Virus record (IMG/VR): IMGVR_UViG_3300035158_000183
Coordinates: 1 to 64,000 of that record
DNA length: 64,000 nt
Reading direction: 5' to 3' (one strand)
DNA from: a virus
Part shown: piece after piece, positions 1-7,990 of the stretch
Layout of the letters: every line of letters starts with the position of its first letter
How positions within the stretch are numbered: position 1 is the stretch's first letter
Program-made: the position numbers and the translations under genes
The notes under the pieces: generated by a model
The model's input: the letters and a program-made list of their open reading frames with translations, nothing else
Database searches by the model: none
Told to the model about the DNA's origin: nothing

Positions 1-1
1 G

Positions 2-139
2 GTGGCTAGGTTCTGCTACAACTGGGGGCTTGCAGAATGGCAGCGTCAATACGAAGCTGGCGAGAAGCCGTCTGCTTACAAGCTCAAGAAACAGTTGAAT
101 ACTATTCGTCGTGATAGGGGTTACTATGCCAGCACCTAA
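2..139 (+). pseudogene. Truncated TnpB/OrfB-like N-terminal fragment (5' end lies outside the window)
   Basis: Frame 2 reads VARFCYNWGLAEWQRQYEAGEKPSAYKLKKQLNTIRRD, matching the IS200/IS605/IS607 OrfB N-terminal ARFxYNW region; stops at TAA 137-139 with no RuvC domain. Confidence 0.65.
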
Positions 140-266
140 ACAATGGTCAAAAGCAGAGAAACAGGACATAATTCAATCATATCAAGGTGGTGAATCTTCT
201 ACCTCGCTTGGGTTACGTTACAGATGCTCCAATGTTACGATTCGGCGATGGCTGTCAGAAGAATGA
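126..266 (+). CDS. Small helix-turn-helix protein (46 aa)
   Basis: Manual translation MPAPKQWSKAEKQDIIQSYQGGESSTSLGLRYRCSNVTIRRWLSEE has an HTH pattern. Confidence 0.45.
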   Translation: MPAPKQWSKAEKQDIIQSYQGGESSTSLGLRYRCSNVTIRRWLSEE

Positions 267-353
267 CTGAACCGTGGTAGCCAGAGGTACCACCTATATA
301 TTTAGTTATAGTTCCTAGATACCCAAATACTCATAGATATAGGAGTCACAGGT

Positions 354-2513
354 ATGAAGCTACAAGAGAATCCTGTCAAGATAGAGAGGGGCGGCCAGAT
401 AGTCGAATCTATGTTCGGCATTTCCGAAGAAGACTCAGCCCACATCCTCCTCATCCTCAGGAACAAGCTGTACTCTAATAAGGTACTAGCAGTAGTCAGA
501 GAGTACTGTGCTAATGCTCAGGACGCTCATGCTGAGGTCGGCAAGACCGACATACCGATAGAGGTATACTTGCCCAACAGCCTGGAGCCTACCTTCAGGG
601 TCAGGGACTATGGCCCCGGACTATCAGAGGACGAAGTCCGCAACCTCTACGTGATGTATGGTGCAAGCACCAAGAGGGCTACTAATAATGCTGTAGGGCA
701 GCTTGGACTGGGCTGTAAGTCAGCCTTTGCTTACACTGATGTCTTCCACGTCATCTCCTGGCACGGTGGGGAGAAGAAGATCTACTGTGCATACATAGAT
801 GAGACCAAGTGTGGCAAGATAGCTCTGCTAGAGTCAGAGAAGTCTGACGAGCCCGACGGAATAGAGGTCCAAGTTCCGGTCCAGCCCGGTGAGTACAAGG
901 ACTTTTACGAAGAGGCAGAGGAAATCTTACACTTCTTCGACCCAGTCCCCAAGTGTGACCAGATTACCCTGGAGGCACCAGACTACTGGTTGGAAGGCAC
1001 CACCAGATCTGGAGCCAGGTTTGGTATCACCAAAGGTTATGACTCCAATAGCAAAGTCATTATGGGTGGCATCCCATACCCTATCAACCGCCAGGCCTAT
1101 AAGGATGATGACCAGGGCAAGCTCGAAAGGTTTATTCAGACAGGCCTTCACCTCTACGTCAACATCGGCGACCTGGAAATGACTGCCAATAGGGAGGAGT
1201 TAGAGTATACAGACCATACTGTCAAGAACCTTACCAAACATCTCAGCCAGGCTGCTAATGCAGCCCTGAGAATGGGTACTAAACATCTTTCTGAGGCCAT
1301 GACCTATCGCGAGGCTAATATCAGACTCGCTGTAATGGCAAACGACCGACAGTTCTGGAAGATGGGCAAGAGGCAGCAACAGTGGTGTGGCAAGTCAATC
1401 GATGGCATGGTGATACCGCCTGACTCAAGAGTCACTATATATTACCCCTACCAGACCGCTAGGGGTGCGTGGAGATGGAACGAGACTGGCAGCATTAATG
1501 CCCGCGAGAATGTAATCCTGTTCGATATAGATAATAAACAGAACTGGAAACGCAAAGTTGCAGAGTTTGTATCACACCATAACCTTTCACGGGACTACCA
1601 CACCAAAATATATGCCTTACTGTGGCAGGATAGCCACAGAACTGCAGCTGAAAACAGGGCTAGCATATATGCTGAGCGGCAGCTGGATGAGTACGCGCCA
1701 TACCGTGCGTCGAAATGTAAGGTACCAGCCAGTGCTCGTGCAAAACTCAAGACCCAGGGGCTTGGGCCAAGAAGCACCAGCCACATAGGCAAGATATTTG
1801 TCCTGAAGGCCGAAAGCCATCGGACTCGCAGCCGACGGTGCCGCTCCAAGGACTGGGAGCGCGTGACTGAAGTACCAGCAGAGACTAAGTACTATGTGGA
1901 GCTAGATAAGTTTTACCCCAGGTTTAATGGCAAGTCCTCTACCCTGACTGTGGTTGACTCGCTAGTACTCCTAATGGGTATGTGCGGCCTGAAGGTCGGC
2001 AAGGTATATGGTGTCAAGAAAGCCCAGCTGTGCAAGCTAGATGATAGCTGGGAGCCCCTACTAGATGCTGCCGACGATGCCATAAGTGAGTCTAGCCTAC
2101 TACAGCAGGCAGTAGATCTGGAGGAGTGCCTTAACCTCCCCGAACCAGTCAAGCACACCATACCATACCTGGATAAACTTCCGAAGGGTAGCCCAGCACA
2201 TAAGCTAGTGTACCATGCCAGCAAGTTAGTTAGAGTCAGCGATTATATTAGGCCATGTTATGACAGTATCAGATGTTGCCGTGAGTTCCTGGGCACTTCT
2301 GTAAGCATGCCCTCCACTACCTTGGAGCCGCTGATCGATGCTGCTGCAGAAAGGTACCCACTGTCTGCCATGACCAACGTATTCCCGGATGACAGTTGTA
2401 GCAACTGGTACCGTAGGTTTCACCGAGGCGTGGACTCATGCAAGGCGCTACCACATGTCATAAAGTATATACAACTGGTAGAGAACTGCCACAACAAAGA
2501 GAGGAAAAGATGA
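354..2513 (+). CDS. rIIA: rIIA-like protein with N-terminal GHKL/HATPase domain
   Basis: REYCANAQDAH, DYGPG, STK...GQLGLGCKSAFAY GHKL motifs; LEMTANREEL; directly followed by rIIB-like gene. Confidence 0.85.
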   Translation: MKLQENPVKIERGGQIVESMFGISEEDSAHILLILRNKLYSNKVLAVVREYCANAQDAHAEVGKTDIPIEVYLPNSLEPTFRVRDYGPGLSEDEVRNLYVMYGASTKRATNNAVGQLGLGCKSAFAYTDVFHVISWHGGEKKIYCAYIDETKCGKIALLESEKSDEPDGIEVQVPVQPGEYKDFYEEAEEILHFFDPVPKCDQITLEAPDYWLEGTTRSGARFGITKGYDSNSKVIMGGIPYPINRQAYKDDDQGKLERFIQTGLHLYVNIGDLEMTANREELEYTDHTVKNLTKHLSQAANAALRMGTKHLSEAMTYREANIRLAVMANDRQFWKMGKRQQQWCGKSIDGMVIPPDSRVTIYYPYQTARGAWRWNETGSINARENVILFDIDNKQNWKRKVAEFVSHHNLSRDYHTKIYALLWQDSHRTAAENRASIYAERQLDEYAPYRASKCKVPASARAKLKTQGLGPRSTSHIGKIFVLKAESHRTRSRRCRSKDWERVTEVPAETKYYVELDKFYPRFNGKSSTLTVVDSLVLLMGMCGLKVGKVYGVKKAQLCKLDDSWEPLLDAADDAISESSLLQQAVDLEECLNLPEPVKHTIPYLDKLPKGSPAHKLVYHASKLVRVSDYIRPCYDSIRCCREFLGTSVSMPSTTLEPLIDAAAERYPLSAMTNVFPDDSCSNWYRRFHRGVDSCKALPHVIKYIQLVENCHNKERKR

Positions 2514-3313
2514 GTGAAAAGTATCCATTTATCATCAGCCCAGACAAGGTTACTGTCATAGCTGATGGCAATCCCATCACAGTGTCCAAGACTGATGGTA
2601 ACTATGCAGGCATAGTCCAGGCTATCAAGGACGAAGAGTGGGACCTCGTCAAGATAATGTGTAATAAGCCGAAGGCTATTCACCATGCTACACATGGTGA
2701 GCTGGTAGTAAAGGATGGAGCAGTCTACTACAGCGGCGAGCAGGTCCACAACTACGTGGTCGACAGGATCCTGGAGTTCGTCCGGGAGGGTATAGATGCA
2801 GACCCTCTGATAAGGTTCCTGGAGAAGCTGATGCAAAACCCATCGAAGCGTTGCGTAGATGACCTATTTTCCTTCCTGGAGCACGGGAACATGCCAGTAG
2901 ACCCAGATGGTGACTTCTATGCCTACAAGGCTGTGGGAGCCGACTGGCTAGACAAACACAGTGGCACAATCCGGAACGAGGTCGGAGATGTGGTTGAGGT
3001 CTTGCGTAACCAGGTTGACGACGACCCAAACAACAGCTGCTCACACGGTCTCCATGCTGGCTCACTACAGTATGTCAACAGCTTCGCTGGAGACGGCGAC
3101 AGGATAATCCTGGTTAAGATCAACCCAAAGGACGTGGTGTCAGTGCCGGCACACGACGTCAGCAAGCTCAGGTGCTGCCGCTATGAGGTGTCAGCTATCT
3201 ACAAGGAGCCACTGCCCAACACAGTTTACCACGAGGATGACAACTTTGCTCCCGACGATGAGAGTATCTATAACGACGACTGGGAAGACGATGGCTGCTG
3301 TTGTTCCTGGTAG
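2510..3313 (+). CDS. rIIB: rIIB-like protein
   Basis: ATGA overlap with rIIA; FLEKLMQNPS, DGDFYAYKAV, VDDDPNNSCSHGLH, VKINPKDVVSVP..KLRCCRYEV. Confidence 0.85.
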   Translation: MSEKYPFIISPDKVTVIADGNPITVSKTDGNYAGIVQAIKDEEWDLVKIMCNKPKAIHHATHGELVVKDGAVYYSGEQVHNYVVDRILEFVREGIDADPLIRFLEKLMQNPSKRCVDDLFSFLEHGNMPVDPDGDFYAYKAVGADWLDKHSGTIRNEVGDVVEVLRNQVDDDPNNSCSHGLHAGSLQYVNSFAGDGDRIILVKINPKDVVSVPAHDVSKLRCCRYEVSAIYKEPLPNTVYHEDDNFAPDDESIYNDDWEDDGCCCSW

Positions 3314-3321
3314 GAGTGAAA

Positions 3322-4452
3322 ATGGGAAAAATATTTCCGACACTTTATAAGCAGGCTAAGAAGGGTGAGATTCGCGAATGGCGAATACAAACCAATGGCG
3401 GTGACATCATGACCACTCATGGTATGCATGGTGGAGCTATGCAGTTGGCTGTCAAGGAAGCCAAAGCCAAGAATGTAGGTAGGGCTAATGAAACTACAGC
3501 TGAACAGCAGGCTAAGCTTGAAGCCGAGTCCATGTGGAAGAAGAAGAAGGATAAGGGCTACTTCGAGTCTGTCAAGGAGGCTGAGGAAGAGGTGGTCTTC
3601 CTCCCCATGCTGGCTCACGAGCTGAAGCCTAAGGTACTGGAAAAGCTGGAGTTTCCCGTAGATGTACAGCCTAAGCTGGATGGCGTTAGATGCCTAGCCC
3701 ACTGGAAGGGTGACAGTGTCCATCTTATGTCCAGGGGCGGCAAGACATATGATGTCGCTCACATCTCCAAGGCCCTAGAGAGTATCCTTCAACCCAACTG
3801 GGTATTGGACGGCGAGATATACCTCTACGGCCTGCCTCTCCAAGACATCAACAAGTTGGTCAAGAAGCACAGGGACAAGCCCATCAAGGACATTGGCTAT
3901 TGTAGTACGGACCTAGAGTATTGGGTGTACGATACATTCTGCACCGAGGGCGACTACCTGCAGACCAGACACTGGTCAGCCAGGCTCCGGACCCTGAAGA
4001 TGGGCACCTCCATCCCAAGCAGCGGCTCCATCAAGCGCATACCTACCCACCAGGTTGAGAGCAGGCAAGAGTTGATGGCCGCGCACCAAACCTTTAATAC
4101 TGAAGGCTATGAGGGTACCATCATCAGGCTACACAATGGTCTCTATGAACTTGGACATCGTTCCAGAAGTCTGCTAAAGTATAAGGACTTTCAGGATGAC
4201 GAGTTCGAGATAGTAGGATTTGACGAGGGCGTTGGCAAGTTTGTAGGCTGTGTAGTATGGGTGTGCCGGACCAAGAGTGGCAGAGAATTCAGAGTTGTCC
4301 CGAAGGGGACCATGAGGCAGAAGCAGGAGTGGTTCCAGGCTGCCGACAAATACATTAGCCAGATGTTAACCGTAAAGTACCAGACCCTTACCAAGGATGG
4401 GATCCCTGAGTTCCCCGTCGGAATCACTATCCGGATGCCTGAAGACATGTAG
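3322..4452 (+). CDS. ATP-dependent DNA ligase
   Basis: QPKLDGVR (motif I), LDGEIY, YEGTIIR, LLKYKDF, C-terminal OB fold. Confidence 0.92.
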   Translation: MGKIFPTLYKQAKKGEIREWRIQTNGGDIMTTHGMHGGAMQLAVKEAKAKNVGRANETTAEQQAKLEAESMWKKKKDKGYFESVKEAEEEVVFLPMLAHELKPKVLEKLEFPVDVQPKLDGVRCLAHWKGDSVHLMSRGGKTYDVAHISKALESILQPNWVLDGEIYLYGLPLQDINKLVKKHRDKPIKDIGYCSTDLEYWVYDTFCTEGDYLQTRHWSARLRTLKMGTSIPSSGSIKRIPTHQVESRQELMAAHQTFNTEGYEGTIIRLHNGLYELGHRSRSLLKYKDFQDDEFEIVGFDEGVGKFVGCVVWVCRTKSGREFRVVPKGTMRQKQEWFQAADKYISQMLTVKYQTLTKDGIPEFPVGITIRMPEDM

Positions 4453-4453
4453 C

Positions 4454-4527
4454 CGGCTCGTAGCCCAGTGGTCTAGGGCGCAGCCCTGATAAGGCTGAGG
4501 TCGGTGGTTCAAATCCACCCGGGCCGA
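4454..4527 (+). tRNA. tRNA-Ile(GAT)
   Basis: Acceptor CGGCTCG/CGGGCCG; anticodon arm CAGCC-CTGATAA-GGCTG; T arm GGTGG-TTCAAAT-CCACC; no encoded CCA. Confidence 0.92.
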
Positions 4528-4560
4528 CTGAACAGGCCTAGCATCACTACCTTAGAGGAA

Positions 4561-4633
4561 GGCGGGATGATGCAGTGGTCAGCAATCAGGTCTCATAAGC
4601 CTGAAGTCGCCAGTTCGAATCTGGCTCCCGCTA
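4561..4633 (+). tRNA. tRNA with CAT anticodon (elongator Met or Ile2)
   Basis: Acceptor GGCGGGA/TCCCGCT; CAGGT-CTCATAA-GCCTG; GCCAG-TTCGAAT-CTGGC; lacks the three G-C anticodon-stem pairs of initiator tRNA. Confidence 0.9.
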
Positions 4634-4636
4634 TAG

Positions 4637-4709
4637 GGCCCGTTAGGTTAATGGTAGACCCTCAGGTTTTCGCCCTGAAAGCGGTTGGGTTCAATTCCCC
4701 CACGGGCCA
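4637..4709 (+). tRNA. tRNA-Glu(TTC)
   Basis: Acceptor GGCCCGT/ACGGGCC; TCAGG-TTTTCGC-CCTGA; imperfect T stem around TTCAATT. Confidence 0.78.
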
Positions 4710-4772
4710 AGGAGGACACAATGGGAAAAGGTTAAGGGCTCAAGTCCTTCTGCCTCTGCCAGGCAGGGAATA

Positions 4773-4844
4773 GGGGTATTGGTGTAGCGGCTAACATCTC
4801 GGACTGTCGATTCGAAGCCAGGGGTTCGATTCCCCTATACCCCG
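4773..4844 (+). tRNA. tRNA-Asp(GTC)
   Basis: Acceptor GGGGTAT/ATACCCC; TCGGA-CTGTCGA-TTCGA; AGGGG-TTCGATT-CCCCT. Confidence 0.9.
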
Positions 4845-4946
4845 TGCCAAGGAGGAGAAGATATGCCTACAGACCCAACATATTTCAACCATATTGTACA
4901 CTTCCGTGATGACGAAGGTGTTCTCTTGGGGGTAAGATGATCCATA

Positions 4947-5456
4947 ATGCAAAGAAAGACACTCTTTAAGAACGATTGGGTTTCCACTGTACTACTAAAT
5001 GGATGGTACATCGCCACAGAGGAAAGCCGATGCCCTGGCAACAACCTGGTTGCAGTACTCCCCTGGAGACTCAAAAGTGGTGAGAGGCAATACCTCGCCC
5101 GCTTTGAAGAAAACCTTGCCCACGGCGGCGAAGACAACTATCCCACCTCCATAATTACAGGTGGCTGTGAGACCAAAGACATCCTCCACCATGCACAAGA
5201 CGAACTCCTTGAGGAGGGTGGTTATAACATCGAAAGACACCGATTTATACCTCTAGGCACCTGCCACCCACTCAAAAGTTCATTTGCTGTAATGAATCTG
5301 TTTACTGTACGTATTATTAATACTGATAAGAGAGTTAGGGCAGAAGGAGATGGCACCCTGGGAGAGAAGGGTGCCTGGTGTAGCTGGGTCGGGCATGGTA
5401 CTCTTATCTGGGCTAAAGACCCGTACATACACACCATTCTAGTCAGGATGAAGTAG
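4947..5456 (+). CDS. Nudix hydrolase-like protein
   Basis: Nudix-box variant GGCETKDILHHAQDELLEEGGY. Confidence 0.7.
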   Translation: MQRKTLFKNDWVSTVLLNGWYIATEESRCPGNNLVAVLPWRLKSGERQYLARFEENLAHGGEDNYPTSIITGGCETKDILHHAQDELLEEGGYNIERHRFIPLGTCHPLKSSFAVMNLFTVRIINTDKRVRAEGDGTLGEKGAWCSWVGHGTLIWAKDPYIHTILVRMK

Positions 5457-5540
5457 GAGGGTTGCGGGAGTGGTAACCGGCGGGATTGCTAATCCCAGGC
5501 CTGGGTAACACCAGCGTAGGTTCGAGTCCTACACCCTCCG
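5456..5540 (+). tRNA. tRNA-Ser(GCT)
   Basis: Acceptor GGAGGGT/ACCCTCC, G73; loop TTGCTAA; long variable arm; GTAGG-TTCGAGT-CCTAC. Confidence 0.9.
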
Positions 5541-5561
5541 CAGGAGATGAGAGGAAGAGGG

Positions 5562-5837
5562 ATGAGTGAATATAAAGAATTGGACAGCTTGGACTTTGCT
5601 GTACAACAGCTACGACAAGCGTTGCACGGCATTATGGCTCTTATGTTCATGCGAAAGTCTCACAGTGAGCTAGTCAACCAATTGGATCAGATGAAATCCA
5701 ATATAGGTTCATGGGGACTACAGCAGGAAAGCAGCGAAGAGATCTTATGCGCCCTGTCACATATTCAAAGAGCAATAGAAATTGAGGACAAAACCGAAGC
5801 GGTCTCAAAGAACAGAAGTATATACCTTGTCGAGTAG
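5562..5837 (+). CDS. Hypothetical protein
   Basis: ORF starting MSEYK at the junction-motif ATG. Confidence 0.6.
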   Translation: MSEYKELDSLDFAVQQLRQALHGIMALMFMRKSHSELVNQLDQMKSNIGSWGLQQESSEEILCALSHIQRAIEIEDKTEAVSKNRSIYLVE

Positions 5838-5881
5838 GAACGTGGGGGATGAGTGAAAGGAATTAAAATGGAGGTGACGCA

Positions 5882-6250
5882 ATGATCGACAAGCACACTT
5901 CGTTAAGACCTAATCAGTTGCAGTTTTTCCCTGTCTGCGATTCACCATCATGGGAGGAGATTGAGTCATTGGGATTCAGCCGCAAGGAAAGGAGCTGGCC
6001 TGTTCCAAGCAGTTTCTGCCACACCAAAAAGAGCGGCGAGTGGGTTATGGCGATCTACAACAAGCAATACCGCAAGCCGAAGAGGGGCGAGTGGTACCTA
6101 TCTGGTGCGATTGTTTCGGCTTATAAGGCTCCGAACGATCTGTCCTCCAAGTACTATATCGCCAAGCTTGTTAGGGTTCGCCACATGGAGAGAGTCGTGC
6201 TGGCTAGGGATGATGCTATGACCTACGAGAAAGGCGGCGGGGATGAGTGA
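5882..6250 (+). CDS. Hypothetical protein
   Basis: GGAGG SD; ends KGGGDE within the junction motif. Confidence 0.7.
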   Translation: MIDKHTSLRPNQLQFFPVCDSPSWEEIESLGFSRKERSWPVPSSFCHTKKSGEWVMAIYNKQYRKPKRGEWYLSGAIVSAYKAPNDLSSKYYIAKLVRVRHMERVVLARDDAMTYEKGGGDE

Positions 6251-6464
6251 AATAGACCGAAATGCAATGAAATTGGCCGCAGGATTGACTCTCATCTCAG
6301 TATTGGGTGCGGGTATCGTGTGTCTGATGGGTTATGGACTGAATGTTGTTTTCGGAATTGTCGGGCCAGTGGCGTTAGCTATTGTGATTGCAGCATTAGC
6401 ACTCTGGTTGGGGTTTTACCAGCAGATCAAAGAAGAACACAAGAAAGGAGGCGGGAATGAGTGA
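6243..6464 (+). CDS. Small membrane protein (2 TM)
   Basis: Two hydrophobic segments; starts MSE, ends KGGGNE. Confidence 0.65.
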   Translation: MSEIDRNAMKLAAGLTLISVLGAGIVCLMGYGLNVVFGIVGPVALAIVIAALALWLGFYQQIKEEHKKGGGNE

Positions 6465-6588
6465 CTCTATCAAAGTATGAGAAACGTCAACAGGTGAAGG
6501 AAATTGTACAGAGCGTCGAGGTCTGTAATAGGACCGAGTACCTAGTGGATAGGATAGACGCGGTTTACGGTGATTAAGGAGGCAAAGA

Positions 6589-7071
6589 ATGAAGACAAGA
6601 AAATTGATACAGGAGCTTTTGGAGACGGATTTGGACGCCGAAGTCGATGTGGTCTTTGATGATAAGTTGGAAGATGGCCAGTGGCTCGAAATCTCTGTAG
6701 TGAAGTCGCACAAGACTTCATTTGGAGAATATACGATTATCGAACTGAAAGCATATTACGGCGACTGTGAGCAAGAGCGAAAAAGTAACATTATGGAATG
6801 CGATCAATGTGGTAGAGAGTGGACAGCAGCAATGGAAGACGGCGCAACTGAACGGTTGAAATGTCCAGATTGTGGCGCAATGGTACAGGCCCCGCCGCAA
6901 AAGACTAGGGACACAAGCGACACTCCTACCAACAGCGCTATGCCAAAACTGCCGGAATTGTCGGAAGTTCTGGCTCAACTTGACGCCGTAGAAAATGACC
7001 CTGTGGCTGATCGGGTTGTTGAGGGTGTCAAGGTGGCCTACGAGTTCATAGCCCGGCAACTGTCAGCATAG
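6589..7071 (+). CDS. Hypothetical protein with Zn-ribbon
   Basis: AAGGAGG SD; CDQC...CPDC. Confidence 0.7.
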   Translation: MKTRKLIQELLETDLDAEVDVVFDDKLEDGQWLEISVVKSHKTSFGEYTIIELKAYYGDCEQERKSNIMECDQCGREWTAAMEDGATERLKCPDCGAMVQAPPQKTRDTSDTPTNSAMPKLPELSEVLAQLDAVENDPVADRVVEGVKVAYEFIARQLSA

Positions 7072-7086
7072 CGCGAACCGTTGTAC
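6927..7086. repeat. attC-like imperfect inverted repeat
   Basis: TACCAAC-AGCGCTATGC-CAAAA-CTGCCGG ... CCGGCA-ACTGTCA-GCATAGCGC-GAACC-GTTGTAC: AAC/GTT ends and nested complementary arms. Confidence 0.5.
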
Positions 7087-7119
7087 AAAATACGCTCCCA
7101 ACGGCGAAAGGCGGCGGGG

Positions 7120-7326
7120 ATGAGCAACACCTGTGAATGGGCCTTCTACAAAGGATTATGGCATACAGAGTGCTCCAACTTTCGGACTACCACCATATGT
7201 GGCAAAGTACACTATACCTTTGACGCTATTCCAGAAGATAGAATCTGCCCCGATTGTGGATGCAGAATAGTTGAATATGAGCGACATTTTGGACGCAAGG
7301 TCAGGAAAGGAGGAGGGGATGGGTGA
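7120..7326 (+). CDS. Small Cys-rich/Zn-ribbon protein
   Basis: MSNTCEW...WHTEC...CPDCG; ends KGGGDG. Confidence 0.65.
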   Translation: MSNTCEWAFYKGLWHTECSNFRTTTICGKVHYTFDAIPEDRICPDCGCRIVEYERHFGRKVRKGGGDG

Positions 7327-7351
7327 AAAATACAAACCAAAGGAGAGGAAA

Positions 7352-7636
7352 ATGATGAAGGTTAAGAAGCAAGAGGTAATCGAAGTTGAAACCGAGGGGC
7401 TGGCCTCTTTACTGGGACAACGAGTGCTGCTCATGTGTGCAAACTATTTTTACGAGGGGGTACTGGAGGGCATCAATGACACGTGCTGCCTACTGTCCGA
7501 TCCCGGCATTGTTTATGAGACGGGTAAATGGTCGGATGCCACGTGGGCAGATCGGCAGCAATTGCCAGGTGAACATTACGTGACACTCCAGTCGATAGAG
7601 TCATTCTGTGTCTCGCCTCCAGTGGTCCTGTCATGA
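7352..7636 (+). CDS. Sm/LSm-fold-like protein
   Basis: LLGQRVLLMCANYFYEGVLEGINDTCCLLSDP resembles Sm1; HYVTLQSIESF resembles Sm2; alternative start at 7319. Confidence 0.5.
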   Translation: MMKVKKQEVIEVETEGLASLLGQRVLLMCANYFYEGVLEGINDTCCLLSDPGIVYETGKWSDATWADRQQLPGEHYVTLQSIESFCVSPPVVLS

Positions 7637-7878
7637 TACGTGCTCGCAACAATAAGCGGTCGGGGTCGTTGTCGTGGTCGTTGTCGTGGTCGTTGTCGAG
7701 GTCGGGGTCGTTGTCGCGGTCGGGGTCGAGGTCGTTGTCGTTGTCGTTGTCGAGGTCGGGGTCGTTGTCGTGGTCGAGGTCAGGGTCGGGGTCGTTGTCG
7801 TGGTCGTTGTCGTGGTCGTTGTCGAGGTCGTGGTCGAGGTCGTTGTCGAGGTCGTGGTCAGGGAAGGGGGAGGGATGA
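7633..7878 (+). CDS. Low-complexity Ser-X (SR/SW/SL/SG) repeat protein
   Basis: ATGA-coupled to the upstream gene; every second residue is Ser. Confidence 0.55.
   Translation: MIRARNNKRSGSLSWSLSWSLSRSGSLSRSGSRSLSLSLSRSGSLSWSRSGSGSLSWSLSWSLSRSWSRSLSRSWSGKGEG
7660..7863 (+). repeat. Hexamer tandem repeat, 34 units of TC(G/A)+NGG or TTG
   Basis: tcgggg tcgttg tcgtgg tcgagg ... over 204 nt. Confidence 0.95.
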
Positions 7879-7905
7879 GTGATATCAATCCAAGACATAG
7901 AGGTA

Positions 7906-7978
7906 GCACCTGTAGCTCAGCTGGCAGAGCGTGACGTTGCCAACGTCGAGGCCACGGGTTCGAACCCCGTCAGGTGCT
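7906..7978 (+). tRNA. tRNA-Gly(GCC)
   Basis: GCACCTG/CAGGTGC, T73; TGACG-TTGCCAA-CGTCG; ACGGG-TTCGAAC-CCCGT. Confidence 0.93.
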
Positions 7979-7990
7979 CTGAGGAGACAG

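Larger units (their letters stand above)
5551..7883 (+). repeat. Seven dispersed copies of a ~22-nt gene-junction motif (consensus GAAAGGMGGMGGGGATGAGTGA)
   Basis: Copies at about 5551, 5837, 6229, 6443, 7106, 7305 and 7861; each holds an SD-like tract and ATG, usually with an overlapping TGA. Confidence 0.75.

Noticed and set aside
4504-4773. 89-aa ORF in the track
   Set aside because: Runs across three tRNA genes; spurious
7660-7863. Hexamer repeat as a CRISPR array or DGR variable region
   Set aside because: No repeat-spacer structure; no reverse transcriptase or template/variable repeat pair seen in the window
7473-7934. Alternative-frame ORFs over the repeat (poly-T, poly-V, GRCR, DHDND)
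   Set aside because: Open only because the repeat lacks stops; only the Ser-X frame has a coupled ATG and a stop in the junction motif
7931-7990. N-terminal extensions of cca (also tdk from 13499 and the ORF from 9411)
   Set aside because: The extensions lie inside tRNA genes; downstream ATGs have SD sequences
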